A stretch of DNA of 63,764 nucleotides, counting the filler, from Stramenopiles sp. TOSAG23-3 (lineage: Eukaryota): assembly GCA_900128585.1 (NCBI GenBank). It is 5 parts of 5 records of this genome, joined end to end, with 100 filler letters (N's around TTAATTAATTAA, not from the genome) between each part and the next. Parts side by side here need not be neighbours in the genome. Positions count along the whole stretch, not along the records: positions 1 to 19,939 come from LT642387.1; positions 20,040 to 39,776 come from LT642390.1; 3 more parts are not named here. One strand, written 5' to 3'. The position numbers were made by a program, and so were the translations under genes. Below the pieces are notes generated by a model. That model saw only the letters and a program-made list of their open reading frames with translations. It did not search any database and was not told the origin of the DNA. Shown piece by piece: positions 10,462 to 21,653 of this stretch; the first letter of the stretch is position 1, and the number at the start of each line of letters is the position of its first letter.

Positions 10462-12418
10462 CGTGCGAGCTCTGAGTGCGGTTTTATATGTATATATGTT
10501 GTATAAGATAACCTCTAATTGTTTCACCTGACAAAACGATAAATTGAATTCTCTCTCTTTCAAAACTAACGGATAGGTTACAATTCCTGTTCGATACACA
10601 GCAAACTACGATACAGAATCCATTCACTTTTCTTTCTTCACCAGTTCAACATTTCTATTTCCTTGTGTTTCTTTTTATATTATTATATTATTTTTTTAAT
10701 AATTTTATTATTATTTTATAGAGTGTATTTTTTTTTCCTTCTTTTTTCCGGTGCTGTGCAATGTAATAAAATTCACAAATGTATTTTTTATTTTATTATT
10801 TTTTTTTTGCGCAAAAAAAAAAACACAAAAAAAAAGTTGAAACGGAAAGGGGAGTATAGCATGAAGATAGTATACAACAAATATCCGCGAAATGAATATT
10901 TCATCATTTTCATTCATTTGTATTCGATGGTGTGTCTATATATAATAAAATAAAAAATAAGAAGATGAGGAAAGACAAAAAGAAAATAAATAATCAATTT
11001 TAATATAGACAGAGCATTGAAATAAGGGATCCTGAATTGTGAATCATCCTCCTTTTTAGTTATTAACATAGAGATAACAAAAGAAGAAGTACCAGAGAAA
11101 GAAGAAAGAAGCAAAAAAGTTTATTATTTCTTGAGTTGAGTTTGGTGATGAAAAATGGAATTTTGTCAGAATATTAAGGATAAATATTCTATACAATTAA
11201 TATAACGAATTTTTTTAATTATTTGCTACAAGCAAAATGGAAGTGAAATCAAGAACTAAATAACATGGAATTACCATTGAAATCATTTTTTGTTTTTGTT
11301 TTTGTTTTTTGTTTGTTTGTGGTGGTAGAATTGGAATGCATTTTTTGTTGTTTTTCATGCTATGTTTATATAATCAAGCCTTGAAATTTTCCTCGCTCAA
11401 ATGATTTTTTTTCACTTTTTTATTTTTCATTCTTCTTTTCTTAATGTTTGGTGCTATGATGGTGTTATTTGGTATCCGAAGGACTTACTTTCAACTTCCT
11501 CTCACAAGTCCTCCTTTTTATATTTTTTTTACTCTCCCTGCTAATTCTATATTAACTTCGATTCATTTTTCAATCAATTTACAACATTTCTATCGGATTC
11601 AATGCTGTGTTCTTATGAAAAACGACAAATACGTTTTTCCAAAACTCCTGGCGGCGTCTCTTTGATAATTAAGGTCAATAAAATAACAATAATTTATTTG
11701 TCATTTATGGGATAATTATATAATATACATACTGAAACAAAATTTACTATAAAAACAAACATATTTTATTGTACATAAATCCTGAAATACTAAATCAACG
11801 AAACGATTTGGACATTGAGTCGGCGCATTGTTTTTCTCTATATGTACTTCTGTAAAATATTAGTATACAGTTTTAACCTATCTACCATTTTTTCTGCTGA
11901 AACCTGAAACACCCTACCTTGAACGCTCACCATTTATTTCCCATTTACATAGACAGAGCACTGACTCGTTTTATTTTTCTAACAGATATTTTTCTGGGTT
12001 CCATGCTGTGCCTATCTAATTCACGCGGAACCCATTGTAAAATACAAATTGGACGAAAAGCGAAGTGGTTGAATCCTTTTTAGATGCACCCATGAAACGA
12101 CCCAAATCATTAAGGTAGAGGTACACAAAATTAAATTAAATGAGGAAAGGAGAGTGTGAGGCTGTTTGTTATTATTTATACTTAATGTGGAAGAAAGAAT
12201 ACAAAAAAAAGAATAAAAAAAAAAGGAAGGATTCAATCGTTCAGTTTCGTTTTGTTTAGTTTAGTATTGATTACCTTAAGGTAGAGTTGGAGAACCCTAA
12301 TTACAAAACCAATCATTACTATAACCCTACTATATAACATGATACCAAAACAACCCGCATGCCAACGCCAACACCGGGTATCTTTTTTATTTCCTATAAA
12401 AAAACTATAAAATACTAC

Positions 12419-12475
12419 GCGACGACGAGAGCGACGACGACGACGCAACGCAACCAACGCAACGCAACGCAACGG
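12419..12475. repeat. (CGA)n/(CAACG)n short tandem repeat upstream of MDH
   Basis: Visible tandem units. Confidence 0.7.
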
Positions 12476-12661
12476 GCGGACGACAGGCGACAGGGAGATT
12501 CTATGTGTGAATGAATGGATTCTATTTTGTTTTGTTTTAATGTGTTCATGACCCATTTTTTAAAACGAGAATAGAACAGGATTGAACAGACCTGAATTTT
12601 GAACCGTAGTATCATCGACAGACGAACCGAACACTCACTCACCCGAACCACGCCACCGAAT

Positions 12662-13681
12662 ATGTCGAGGTTTCCGAAAGCTCCCATAAAAGTTGTTGTC
12701 ACTGGTGCCGCTGGGAACATTGGCTACGCCATCTTGCCCCGCCTTGGGTGCGGAGGCGTGTTTGGGGAAGACCAGCCCTTGATACTGTCAATGCTAGAGA
12801 TCCCCCCGGCCATGTCTGCGCTCAAAGGGGTCGTCATGGAACTGCAAGACTGCGCGTTCAAGGCCGTCGTGGGCATGCAAGCCACCTCCAACGCGAACGA
12901 GGCCTTCAAAGACGCCGACGTAGTAATTTTGGTAGGAGGGTTCCCACGAAAGAAGGGAATGCTTCGTAAAGACTTGATACAGAAGAACACCGCCATTTTC
13001 AAATCCATGGGGGAGGCCCTGAACCACGCAAAGGCAACGTGCAAAGTCTTGGTAGTCGCAAACCCAGCGAATACGAACGCGCGCACTGCTCTACGGAGCT
13101 GCACCAAGATCCCGCCGCAGAACTTCACCTGCATGACGCGGCTGGACCACAACCGCGCCGTGGGGCAAATCGCGGAGCGGGTCGGCGCGCAAGTCAAGGA
13201 CGTTAGTAATGTTATCATCTGGGGGAACCACAGTGCCACCCAGTACCCGGACACCGCCCACGGCTTTGTCAACAGGGCCGGGGCCAAGGACCCGATCAAC
13301 AGGGCGGTCAACAACGAAGGGTACTTGAACGAAGAGTTTCTGACAACGGTTCAAACCCGTGGCGCCGCCATCATCGAAGCCCGCGGTGCGTCCAGCGCGA
13401 TGTCCGCCGCCAACGCCGCCTGCGATCATCTGCGTACATGGCTCGTGACAGGGACTGCCCCAGGTGAGCACATATCGATGGGCATATACTCCGAAGGCCA
13501 TTACGGGATACAAAAAGGGATCATGTACTCTTTCCCCGTCATCTGCGCCAATGGCCAGTACAGAGTTGTCGAGGGGTTGGGGGTGTCAAATTTTGCAAGG
13601 TCCAAAATGATTGCCACCCAAAACGAACTGGTCCAAGAGGCCAAAGACGCCGATGAAATTTTGAAACGAGCGAAATTGTGA
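12662..13681 (+). CDS. MDH1: Cytosolic-type NAD malate dehydrogenase with C-terminal PTS1 (AKL)
   Basis: VVTGAAGNIGY, GGFPRKKGMLRKDL, VANPANTN, MTRLDHNRA, IWGNHSATQYPD; ATG at 12662. Confidence 0.96.
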   Translation: MSRFPKAPIKVVVTGAAGNIGYAILPRLGCGGVFGEDQPLILSMLEIPPAMSALKGVVMELQDCAFKAVVGMQATSNANEAFKDADVVILVGGFPRKKGMLRKDLIQKNTAIFKSMGEALNHAKATCKVLVVANPANTNARTALRSCTKIPPQNFTCMTRLDHNRAVGQIAERVGAQVKDVSNVIIWGNHSATQYPDTAHGFVNRAGAKDPINRAVNNEGYLNEEFLTTVQTRGAAIIEARGASSAMSAANAACDHLRTWLVTGTAPGEHISMGIYSEGHYGIQKGIMYSFPVICANGQYRVVEGLGVSNFARSKMIATQNELVQEAKDADEILKRAKL

Positions 13682-14297
13682 ACGCGTTAATAAAAAATGT
13701 CTGTGTGTTGTGTGTGTGTGTGTGTTTGCATTGAAATGGTGATCCTACAGGGTGACCGTTACATAAAACTGATAATTGTTTTTTTATTGGTAGACGACCC
13801 CGACCCCGCCACCGCTGTTCGTTGCCATTATCAATATAATTTATTAATTCAAATTCGTTTCTTTCTCTTGTTTCTTGCGTGCCACTTCTTCTTGCCACCA
13901 CCAAATGCTTCGTTCATTTTACAAGATATAATAATTAAGGATATGATTAATAGAGTTATTATACTGTAACTAACAAAAAATGTACAAGACTAAAATTGTA
14001 GATACGGAATAATTACATAACTATAAGACCTTAAATAGTTAAACAATGAATAAAATTCAAAAAAACCTCCTTCTCTTCTCTTTCTTCGTTCTCTTTTTTT
14101 TTTTGAGTGATTTTATTATGGATGATCGTTTGTAATTGTGATAAATGGAAAATCGTGCGTGTGTTTAAAGATGATCATAGAAATGAAAAAGATGAAATGA
14201 TTTCCTTTCTGTCAAGGAAACACCACCGTGTAAAAGAACAAACCATCTTACGGCATTTTTTTGCTTGGGTTACTGGTTTAAAAGCAATGGACTTAGC

Positions 14298-14921
14298 ATG
14301 AATCAACAATTCGAGGATCGAAGTAGTAACGATGGTGCACGCTACCATGGATCGGGCTTCAGTGTTGAATCTGGCATTTGCGATGGCGTAGACGACGATT
14401 CAAATTTAATAGACGAAGAGGAATTTGCAAAGCTGTTCAAGGATACCATGGATTCGCTAGTCCACGACAGATTTGAAGCATTTGATGAATCCATACAAGA
14501 ATTCAGCGACTCCATCAATAAACTACACACTGCGATATTAGAAACTAGAGAGCAACAGAAAGTAGTTTTAGAGGAACAGCGCACAAAGCAACTGGAGGCG
14601 TTCCCAGAAGAATCAACCGGGGGGGGCACAGCCACGCCAAGCTCCATGCCCGCAGTGGAATCGGGTTGGAACAGCCACGGGGACAGAAAAATACGCGCGG
14701 ACGGCCACCATGGCATGAAGCCCAGCTATTCCACGCCGTCGTTATCATCCCCGTACAGGCACGTTGCGGGAATTAAATCGCATTCTCCAACGTCCACTGA
14801 ACGCGGCAGCGCCCCGCCAGGCAATGGCGTATCGGGCACGCGTTATAGCAAACAAGGGCAGGGTAGGGAGCCTCATTTGAAGCCAATGAAAAAATATGCA
14901 CACCACGCGTACAAGAAATAA
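14298..14921 (+). CDS. Hypothetical protein (acidic coiled-coil plus low-complexity tail)
   Basis: GC-rich ORF island between AT-rich spacers; no recognised domain. Confidence 0.6.
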   Translation: MNQQFEDRSSNDGARYHGSGFSVESGICDGVDDDSNLIDEEEFAKLFKDTMDSLVHDRFEAFDESIQEFSDSINKLHTAILETREQQKVVLEEQRTKQLEAFPEESTGGGTATPSSMPAVESGWNSHGDRKIRADGHHGMKPSYSTPSLSSPYRHVAGIKSHSPTSTERGSAPPGNGVSGTRYSKQGQGREPHLKPMKKYAHHAYKK

Positions 14922-15296
14922 GTGAAAAGATGAGAAACCATTGTTTAGCTTAGGAAAAAGAGTAAGTTAGGAGCGAGGTTTTGGTACAAATTGAAATTAA
15001 TAATATAGCAGGATAAACGTTTTTTTGCAAATTTTACGAGAGCAGATTTTTAAGTCAATTTAAAAATTTAGTAAATTAAAATTCAGCTTCCTCGTAAACT
15101 TTAAAAAAACTTATTTTATACTGTTTGTGCGTGCGTAATTTTTACATTTTTTACTCTTACAAAACTAAAATCTCTCACACATCTGTCTAGAAGCAAGAAA
15201 AGAGTGTGGACACTTTGAGTATGTTGGCCAACATATACCAGGCATCTATATATTTTGTTTTTCATTACCAGGGGTCTATGCACACAAAACAATAAT

Positions 15297-15439
15297 AAAA
15301 AACAAGAAAAATTGGCTGTTATTTTATAGTAATTAAAATTAAAGAAAAAATAAGGTGTCAGTTCAAGAAAAATATCTCCTCCTATTGCAGATCCTCCCCA
15401 AGTTCTGGTCAAGATTCCAATTGATTGGTCTTAAAAGTA
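15297..15439 (+). repeat. 3'-spacer dispersed repeat, module A
   Basis: Near-identical to 59461-59606. Confidence 0.92.
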
Positions 15440-15481
15440 CACAGCGGCANNNNNNNNNNNNNNNNNNNNNNNTTCAATTTT

Positions 15482-15622
15482 ATATGATAGTTTGAATGAT
15501 GAATACCAGAAGTCTTATTCTGGAACAAGGAGGAGTTTGGGTTCTTGGACGGTTTTACCTTCTTATTTTTTCTTTTCTTTTTTGAGAGTCTTAAAACATA
15601 TCATACTATATCATTTAGTTTT
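15482..15622 (-). repeat. 3'-spacer dispersed repeat, module B (inverted)
   Basis: Reverse complement closely matches 6167-6302. Confidence 0.85.
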
Positions 15623-15639
15623 TTTACACTCTAACACTC

Positions 15640-18600
15640 TCATAATTTGAGCTTTCCAATTTGTTCCATTTCGTAGAAATCAATTTCACCGCTAGGGTCT
15701 TCGACGACGTAGTCCGACCCTTCTACACTCTGCACTTTCCCGCGTTGCGCTTTTTTGTTCTCATCATCATCGGCTGTCGTCTTCAAAATAACGACGGCAT
15801 CGCCCTTCTCTGGTCGCACCAACGAGACGTCCTTTTCATGGACAAGCGCAATTTGGCCTCCGTCTGGCAGTACGTTGTGGTAATGCGGTTTATTTACAAG
15901 ACTGTTTTGGATCACCCCGCTCTTTCCGTCACCCAAAATAACCATAACACCCTTGTACGACTCGGGTCGTCGCACAGGGTCCCAGATTCCACTGGAGTCC
16001 CCCCCATCATCGCCCCCTGCCAATGACATTGGCGTCTGCAACCCACTAGGGGTTGCCCCCCCAGTGGATACAGGTGTCTGCTGGACATTCCCCGCATTGT
16101 ACATTTGCGTTTGGTTGTAACCGACACTGGAGCCACCCAGCTCGGAGGGGGTCGGCATGCTCGTAGTAGACGGCGCCCCGTAACCAGTTGCACTTTGCGA
16201 GTAGCTCGGTGGTCCTTGGTTGTATGCAGACGAGCCCATGGACGAATTCCCGGCCCACGATTGGGGCGCAGACGGGTTAGCGTAAGCATTGCCCCACGCT
16301 TGCTGATCATTGCCCCACGCTTGCTGTTGTTGGGGGGCCATCCCGTAGCCCTGGCCGCCCGCGTGAGAGCTACCGCCCATGTCGGTAGAGACCATGTCGT
16401 CACTGTACACACTCGACGGCGCGGGGGTGTTCATGGCTGGCGTTTGCATAACCGGCGTGTTCCAGTCGCCATCGTTGTTCATGGTCATGGGGGTTATGCC
16501 CCCGAGCATCGGGGTTGCACCACCGAGCCCAGCCCCGGGCAGCCCCGGGGTGATTCCGCCTGCGCCGAACATTCCAGGGGTGTACATCCCAGGCGTCATG
16601 CCTGGTGTGAGTGTGCCCGAATAGCCCGAGTAGCCCGTCCCTGGCGTCATCCCGCCGCGGTCCGACTCGTAGTTCCTTTCGATAATCTTCCCGGACCTGT
16701 CGTTCGTGACCTCGAGGCATCGCGATGCCATGACAGTGACGGTCTTGTTCTTGGAGTGCAGCTCGATGGTTCGGTGCGTTGCAGTGCCGTCGACAACGAT
16801 GCCGATCATTCCCTTCCAGTTGCCTTGCGTGATTTGCACCGTCTTTCCAATGAGGAGATCCTTCTTTTCCCGCTCTGGGCGCTTGTTCAAGTTCATCGCC
16901 CCGCTTCTCTTCTGCGAAATGTGCGCCTGCCCGCCCACCGTGGAGTCCCGGGTGATCATGCCCAACCGGCCAGCTGCAGAATATTTGACTTGGCCACAAG
17001 AATGCCAGCGTTCTCCAAAACGCCCCGGGAATGCAGAAACACAAAGGCGTTTGAAATGTGCATGATTTTCCCCATCTTCCCTTTGCTCTTCCCCTCCGTT
17101 ATCAGGGCAAAGTCACCCGAAGACAGGTACTGCCCTTGCTTGTCGATGACTTGGCCACGCTTCGAGATGTTGTTCATCTTCCTGCTCAGCTCCGAAGGGG
17201 TCACTGTACTCACTCCCCCGTCCGTACCGATGACCAAAAAGCTTTCGCGGCCGCACCGCACAATGACGCCCCTTTTGCCACCGACACCGATCTGGACAAG
17301 ATCATAGAGGTCGTACCCAGCCAGAGACGACCGTTGCACGGCTTTCTCATTGCTCTCTACAATGTCCTTCACGAAAACTTTGATTTCTTTGGTGTAACGA
17401 ACGTCGGTCACGGTAGCTTCTACCAAGCCCCCATCGGTTTTGATGTGCTGGATGTACCCCACTTCCCCCACGTGAACACCGTGGATTACTTTGACGCGCA
17501 TCCCGACTCTAAAGTGCTTTTCCAAGTTGTCCAGCTCGATCCAGAATTCCGCGGCGTCCGAGAGCACTTTCACCAAGGCCTTCCGTTCGGTCGGCTCTAT
17601 CTTGAGGATTTTTACATACGCGTTCTTCAGGTCCGACGACGTGACTCGCGCCGTATCGCCAATTTCAAATGGAATGGATTTTTCCATGCCACCTTTAGCG
17701 TGCTTGAGGTCTGAGGCTATCTTCATGTGGATGGCATCGTTCCCGTCGTCGGCGCCTTCGTCATCACTGCCACCTTCTCCACTCAGGTGAGACCGAAATT
17801 GATGCAGCTCTTCCAGGCTGGGCTTGATTTCTTGGTCCACGGCCCCAACGTTGATCCGATTCTTAAACAAGAACCCTTGGCGGTAGTACCCCTTGCGGAA
17901 CTTAACGAACGTAATCTTCTTGTTTTGCATCTGCTCCATCTGCGCCATTTTATCTTCGTGGTGGAGCTGGCCAAACGCATTCTCGACCTCTTTTAAGTCG
18001 AAAAACTTTTGTTCCGGGCGCACGCCTTGGTTCTTCTCCCGCAATCGCTCCGCGTTGTACTTGTTTTCGCCTTTTTTCCAAAACGCCTCAAGGGTTTTGG
18101 TTTGGGCATCGTCGTCGTAGTAGACCTGCTTCTTCGCCCATCCCGCGGTGACCCGCTGGTGCTGGTCCTCCAGGTTGTCCAGACACTCGTTAATTTTCTC
18201 AGCCATGTCCTCGTTCACCTCTTTCACTTGCCGCAGCTTGTTGGTCAGTTCGCCTTTCAGATACTCTTTCATGTAAATGTGCTTCGGGATATGGTTTTCC
18301 GCGTAGTCCACGCGCGGGATGAGCCGAACCACGACCTGGCCGCGAGCATTTGGCCGGGTCTCGATGCGGCCAAGGTCGCCCCTGTACACCCCGTTCTTCA
18401 TACGGACCCATTGCCCGACCTTGAGGGTGTTCGTCTTTCGCACAATGTTGAAGATGCTGGTCATTTCGTTCAACGGAGTCATGTCGCACTGCGAGGGGTA
18501 CAAGCCCTGGATCCCCCTGACGAAATTGACGACGTCGTCCTTGCTGTACGCTTCCACGTAGATGTATCCCTTGGTTTTGTTTGACGTGGCAGAAAATACC

Positions 18601-19160
18601 CGGGGAGTTTTCCTCGGGTTCTTCTTGTTCTTTTTCACAATGGCACGGTACTTGTTGAGGACCTGCAAGGTCAGCAAGCGCTCGCTCCCCGTCTTGCACT
18701 TCACGGCGAACAGCCTCGGGTCGTTTGGGGTCGGCATGTGGCGCTCCTTCTGGCTTCGGTTTCCCATTTGCTTCCTCAACCGCTTTTGCTCCTTCTTCTG
18801 CGCCCTTGCTCGGTCTTTCACATCCTGCGCCATGTCTTCCACGCTCACGTTTTCGAGAATCTTTTTCGCCTTCATGCGCCCATCGAGTCGCGCGTTCATC
18901 TGCGCCCTCAAATCCTGCACCTCTTGCGAGTCGTTTTCGTCCTCGCGGAGGGCTCTTTCCCGCTGGCGCTGCAGGTCTTCCTCGTCGTCTTCGCTTTCTT
19001 CGGCGGCATCGTCGATAAGGCTAAACCGTGATTTTTTGACTGGCCGTTTCTTCTTGCTCGACTTTCCACGCTTTCGTTTGCCACTCTCCGCGGCGTTTCC
19101 CTCGTCCGACTCGTACTCGCTGGATTCCGAGTCGTCATAACTGTCAGAATTCGAAGCCAT
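15640..19160 (-). CDS. SPT5: Transcription elongation factor SPT5, split by a frameshift at about 16964
   Basis: Acidic N-terminus, NGN (DPRLFAVKCKTGSER, KGYIYVEA) and KOW1-4 in ORF 16956-19160; KOW5 (LIGKTVQITQGNWKG), GxTP repeats and C-terminal KOWs in ORF 15640-16965. Confidence 0.93.
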
Positions 19161-19760
19161 TTTGTCAACTTGGGGCTGCCTGCGCTTTGCGATTACTTTC
19201 GTTTCTTGCTACAAATAAAAAGAAAATTTAAAATTAAATACGTAAGTAATTCCTTGATTTGCTATGTGCAACTTACAACTTTTGCTTGAAAGAAATTAAC
19301 TCAAACCAAGACACTCTTTCTTTCTTTCTATCTTTCTATCTTTCTTTCTTTATTTCATTCAATCAATATTAGCGCATGTACACAGAGAACTAACTAAAGA
19401 AGAAGAAGTCATCGACAATTGGTCCGTCCGGCCATTCATTCATTTGAACCTAATGTATATTACATATTAAATACATAATAACTAATCATATTAGTATAAT
19501 TTTACAACGAAACACAAAAGGACTAGTCCACGTATAATATGATTTTGTTAATTAATTCAACTCCTTAACGTTGTTAGTACTGTACATATGATATGTTTGG
19601 ATATTTAAAATAGATAGACATGTGTTTATGTATTATGGGATAAAATCACCTTAATTGGAATAAACCCGAACCGTAATCCAATATGATAACGAGAAGATGT
19701 AAAGATGAGATGTGTAATTATTAAAATATTTTGTAAAACACTTGCTACATTTAAAAAAAA

Positions 19761-19862
19761 CTACATCGAGTCTTTTGCGCTCCATGGTTGGCTGGTTGCA
19801 CTCAGCGGTCTTGACCCCCTGCTTCCCCTGCTTCCCACGCGGTTTCTGGTAGCGCTCGAGGG
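19761..19862 (-). CDS. 3' fragment of an unknown gene (…PSSATRNRVGSRGSRGSRPLSATSQPWSAKDSM*)
   Basis: GC-rich segment ends exactly at TAG (19761-19763) before AT-rich spacer; 5' side is interrupted by the SPT5-derived duplicate. Confidence 0.5.
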   Translation of the reverse strand, partial: PSSATRNRVGSRGSRGSRPLSATSQPWSAKDSM

Positions 19863-19939
19863 GCATGATCACCCGGGACTCCACGGTGGGCGGGCAGGCG
19901 CACATTTCGCAGAAGAGAAGCGGGGCGATGAACTTGAAC
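19861..19939 (+). repeat. 79-bp perfect inverted copy of SPT5 segment 16885-16963 at scaffold end
   Basis: Base-by-base identity to the reverse complement. Confidence 0.95.
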
Positions 19940-20039
19940 NNNNNNNNNNNNNNNNNNNNNNNNNNNNNNNNNNNNNNNNNNNNTTAATTAATTAANNNNN
20001 NNNNNNNNNNNNNNNNNNNNNNNNNNNNNNNNNNNNNNN
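19940..20039. other. Artificial scaffold linker N44-TTAATTAATTAA-N44
   Basis: Six-frame stop 12-mer at 19984-19995 in a 100-bp spacer. Confidence 0.97.
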
Positions 20040-20231
20040 TCTATATAATAAAAAAATTATATTCTGTGTTTGTTTTCTGAAAAGGGGAATAATTATTATG
20101 TGAAAAAGATTGTATGTATATACTTTGTGCCAGGAAATCATGAATCAACAAAGGACATAGATAGCAAAACACCCTTTAAATAGAGAGATAGAGAGAGAGA
20201 GAGAGGGAAAAAGGAAAGGGTGTCGTTTGGG

Positions 20232-21479
20232 ATGGACGGTATACTAGTTGGAGACGCAACCCAGTCCCAGCTTCTCGTCACCACGGTGGTCGTGACGTGC
20301 TTTTATTTTGGGGGCGGTTGCGTCAGCTTTTGGCAATGGAAACGTAGGGAAGAGCTGCACCAGAGGAATTCGGTCATGCTTCATAACTTTTTTCAAAAGA
20401 CGTTGAACTTGTCAAAGTTCCCTCTGCTCACGGGCATTGCCATGGAAGTCCGAGTCATGTTTTTCATTGTACAGTACATTTACGTGTCTTCGTACGTAGA
20501 CTGGTTTGGGTTGATATCCATAAACATTTTGGAGGGGTTTGGTTATTTGTTGTTCGTGTCGTCGTACACCATTCTGATTTCATTTTTTGGTGCGTTGCCC
20601 ATACTTAACGCAGAACTGCGGGGTTCAAAGTTGCAGGAGGGAAAGGGCAGTGCAATGGTGCGAAGGTCGCAACAGAGAGGTTCTGTTGTCGCCGACGACA
20701 AGAAAAATGTTTCCAATACCCGAGCAAACGGCCAGGGAGACCGTCAACCTGCCGTCACTTTTACCTGCTTGGCGCTCACAGCAAACTTCTGGCTTTACCT
20801 GGCAGAGCTATTTTTCATTTGCATTCTGATTTTTTCGTATGAACAAAACCTGGGGACCGTCGAAACGGTCAGAAAGATATCGTTTTCGGTGTTCTACTTG
20901 TTTTACATTATAGATTTGCAACGGCGAGGGTATGACATCAAGAGGTCGTTGCAAACCATGCACCTTCCGTCCGAAAGTCTAGAGTTCCGCATCACGGCAA
21001 CCGTTTTTGCCTGTTCTGCTACTTTACTGCTTCAGATCATCAGCATGCTGTTGCGAGCTTTGCTAGAAGGGGCACAAACGGTCCCGTCCGTCAGTATGAT
21101 GTATACCAATGCGACTATTTTTAACGTCAGCCAAATAAGCACCGGGGAGATGTACGAGACCAAGAAATCGTTCGGCACGCTGTCGTCTGACACTGACATT
21201 AGCATTCTTGGCAATCGCACACAGATATACGAAACACAAACGTGGACCTACACAAACATGCTGCGGCAATTTGGTTTGTCCCCGTTGCTATTTTTCTTCA
21301 TCGCGGAGTGGATACCTGCAATGTATTTGCTGTATGTCATGGCCCCGACAACGAACGGGGCGAGGAAACAGAGGAAAGGGTCCATAACTCTCGAAGAAAT
21401 GTCGAAAGTTTTGTCTGATGAAAGCATCGTACAAACAACGGATGACCCGGAGGCACAGACTGCGGTTGTGCATATATAA
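20232..21479 (+). CDS. 7TM protein, THH1/TOM1/TOM3 (GPR137-like) family
   Basis: About 7 TM segments; last helix 'FFFIAEWIPAMYLLYVM' resembles the family ExxP motif. Confidence 0.6.
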   Translation: MDGILVGDATQSQLLVTTVVVTCFYFGGGCVSFWQWKRREELHQRNSVMLHNFFQKTLNLSKFPLLTGIAMEVRVMFFIVQYIYVSSYVDWFGLISINILEGFGYLLFVSSYTILISFFGALPILNAELRGSKLQEGKGSAMVRRSQQRGSVVADDKKNVSNTRANGQGDRQPAVTFTCLALTANFWLYLAELFFICILIFSYEQNLGTVETVRKISFSVFYLFYIIDLQRRGYDIKRSLQTMHLPSESLEFRITATVFACSATLLLQIISMLLRALLEGAQTVPSVSMMYTNATIFNVSQISTGEMYETKKSFGTLSSDTDISILGNRTQIYETQTWTYTNMLRQFGLSPLLFFFIAEWIPAMYLLYVMAPTTNGARKQRKGSITLEEMSKVLSDESIVQTTDDPEAQTAVVHI

Positions 21480-21653
21480 CCACGCGTGTGCGAAACATCG
21501 AACGAAATAGCCAGAGGGGTGCGTGTTATCTTATGTATTTACACACTGTGTGTTAATATTTGCTTTAATTTTAGTTTTTAATTTGAAAAAGAATATTGCG
21601 CTCGTGCATTTAGTGGTGACCTCTTCGAGGCACTATCTTCCGACCAACTCCGT

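Noticed and set aside
10600-12600. 2-kb spacer as a possible ncRNA or hidden gene
   Set aside because: AT-rich; no tRNA, snRNA or rRNA motif and no credible ORF that I could recognise. An Rfam scan would be needed to exclude it fully
16105-17307. Long antisense ORFs (400 aa here; also 9569-10531, 5046-5846, 57189-58115)
   Set aside because: Shadows of GC-rich coding strands with no recognisable domains
19984-19995. Recurrent palindrome TTAATTAATTAA (also at 39821, 59651, 61730)
   Set aside because: Always centred in exactly N44/N44, so it is an artificial six-frame-stop linker and not biology
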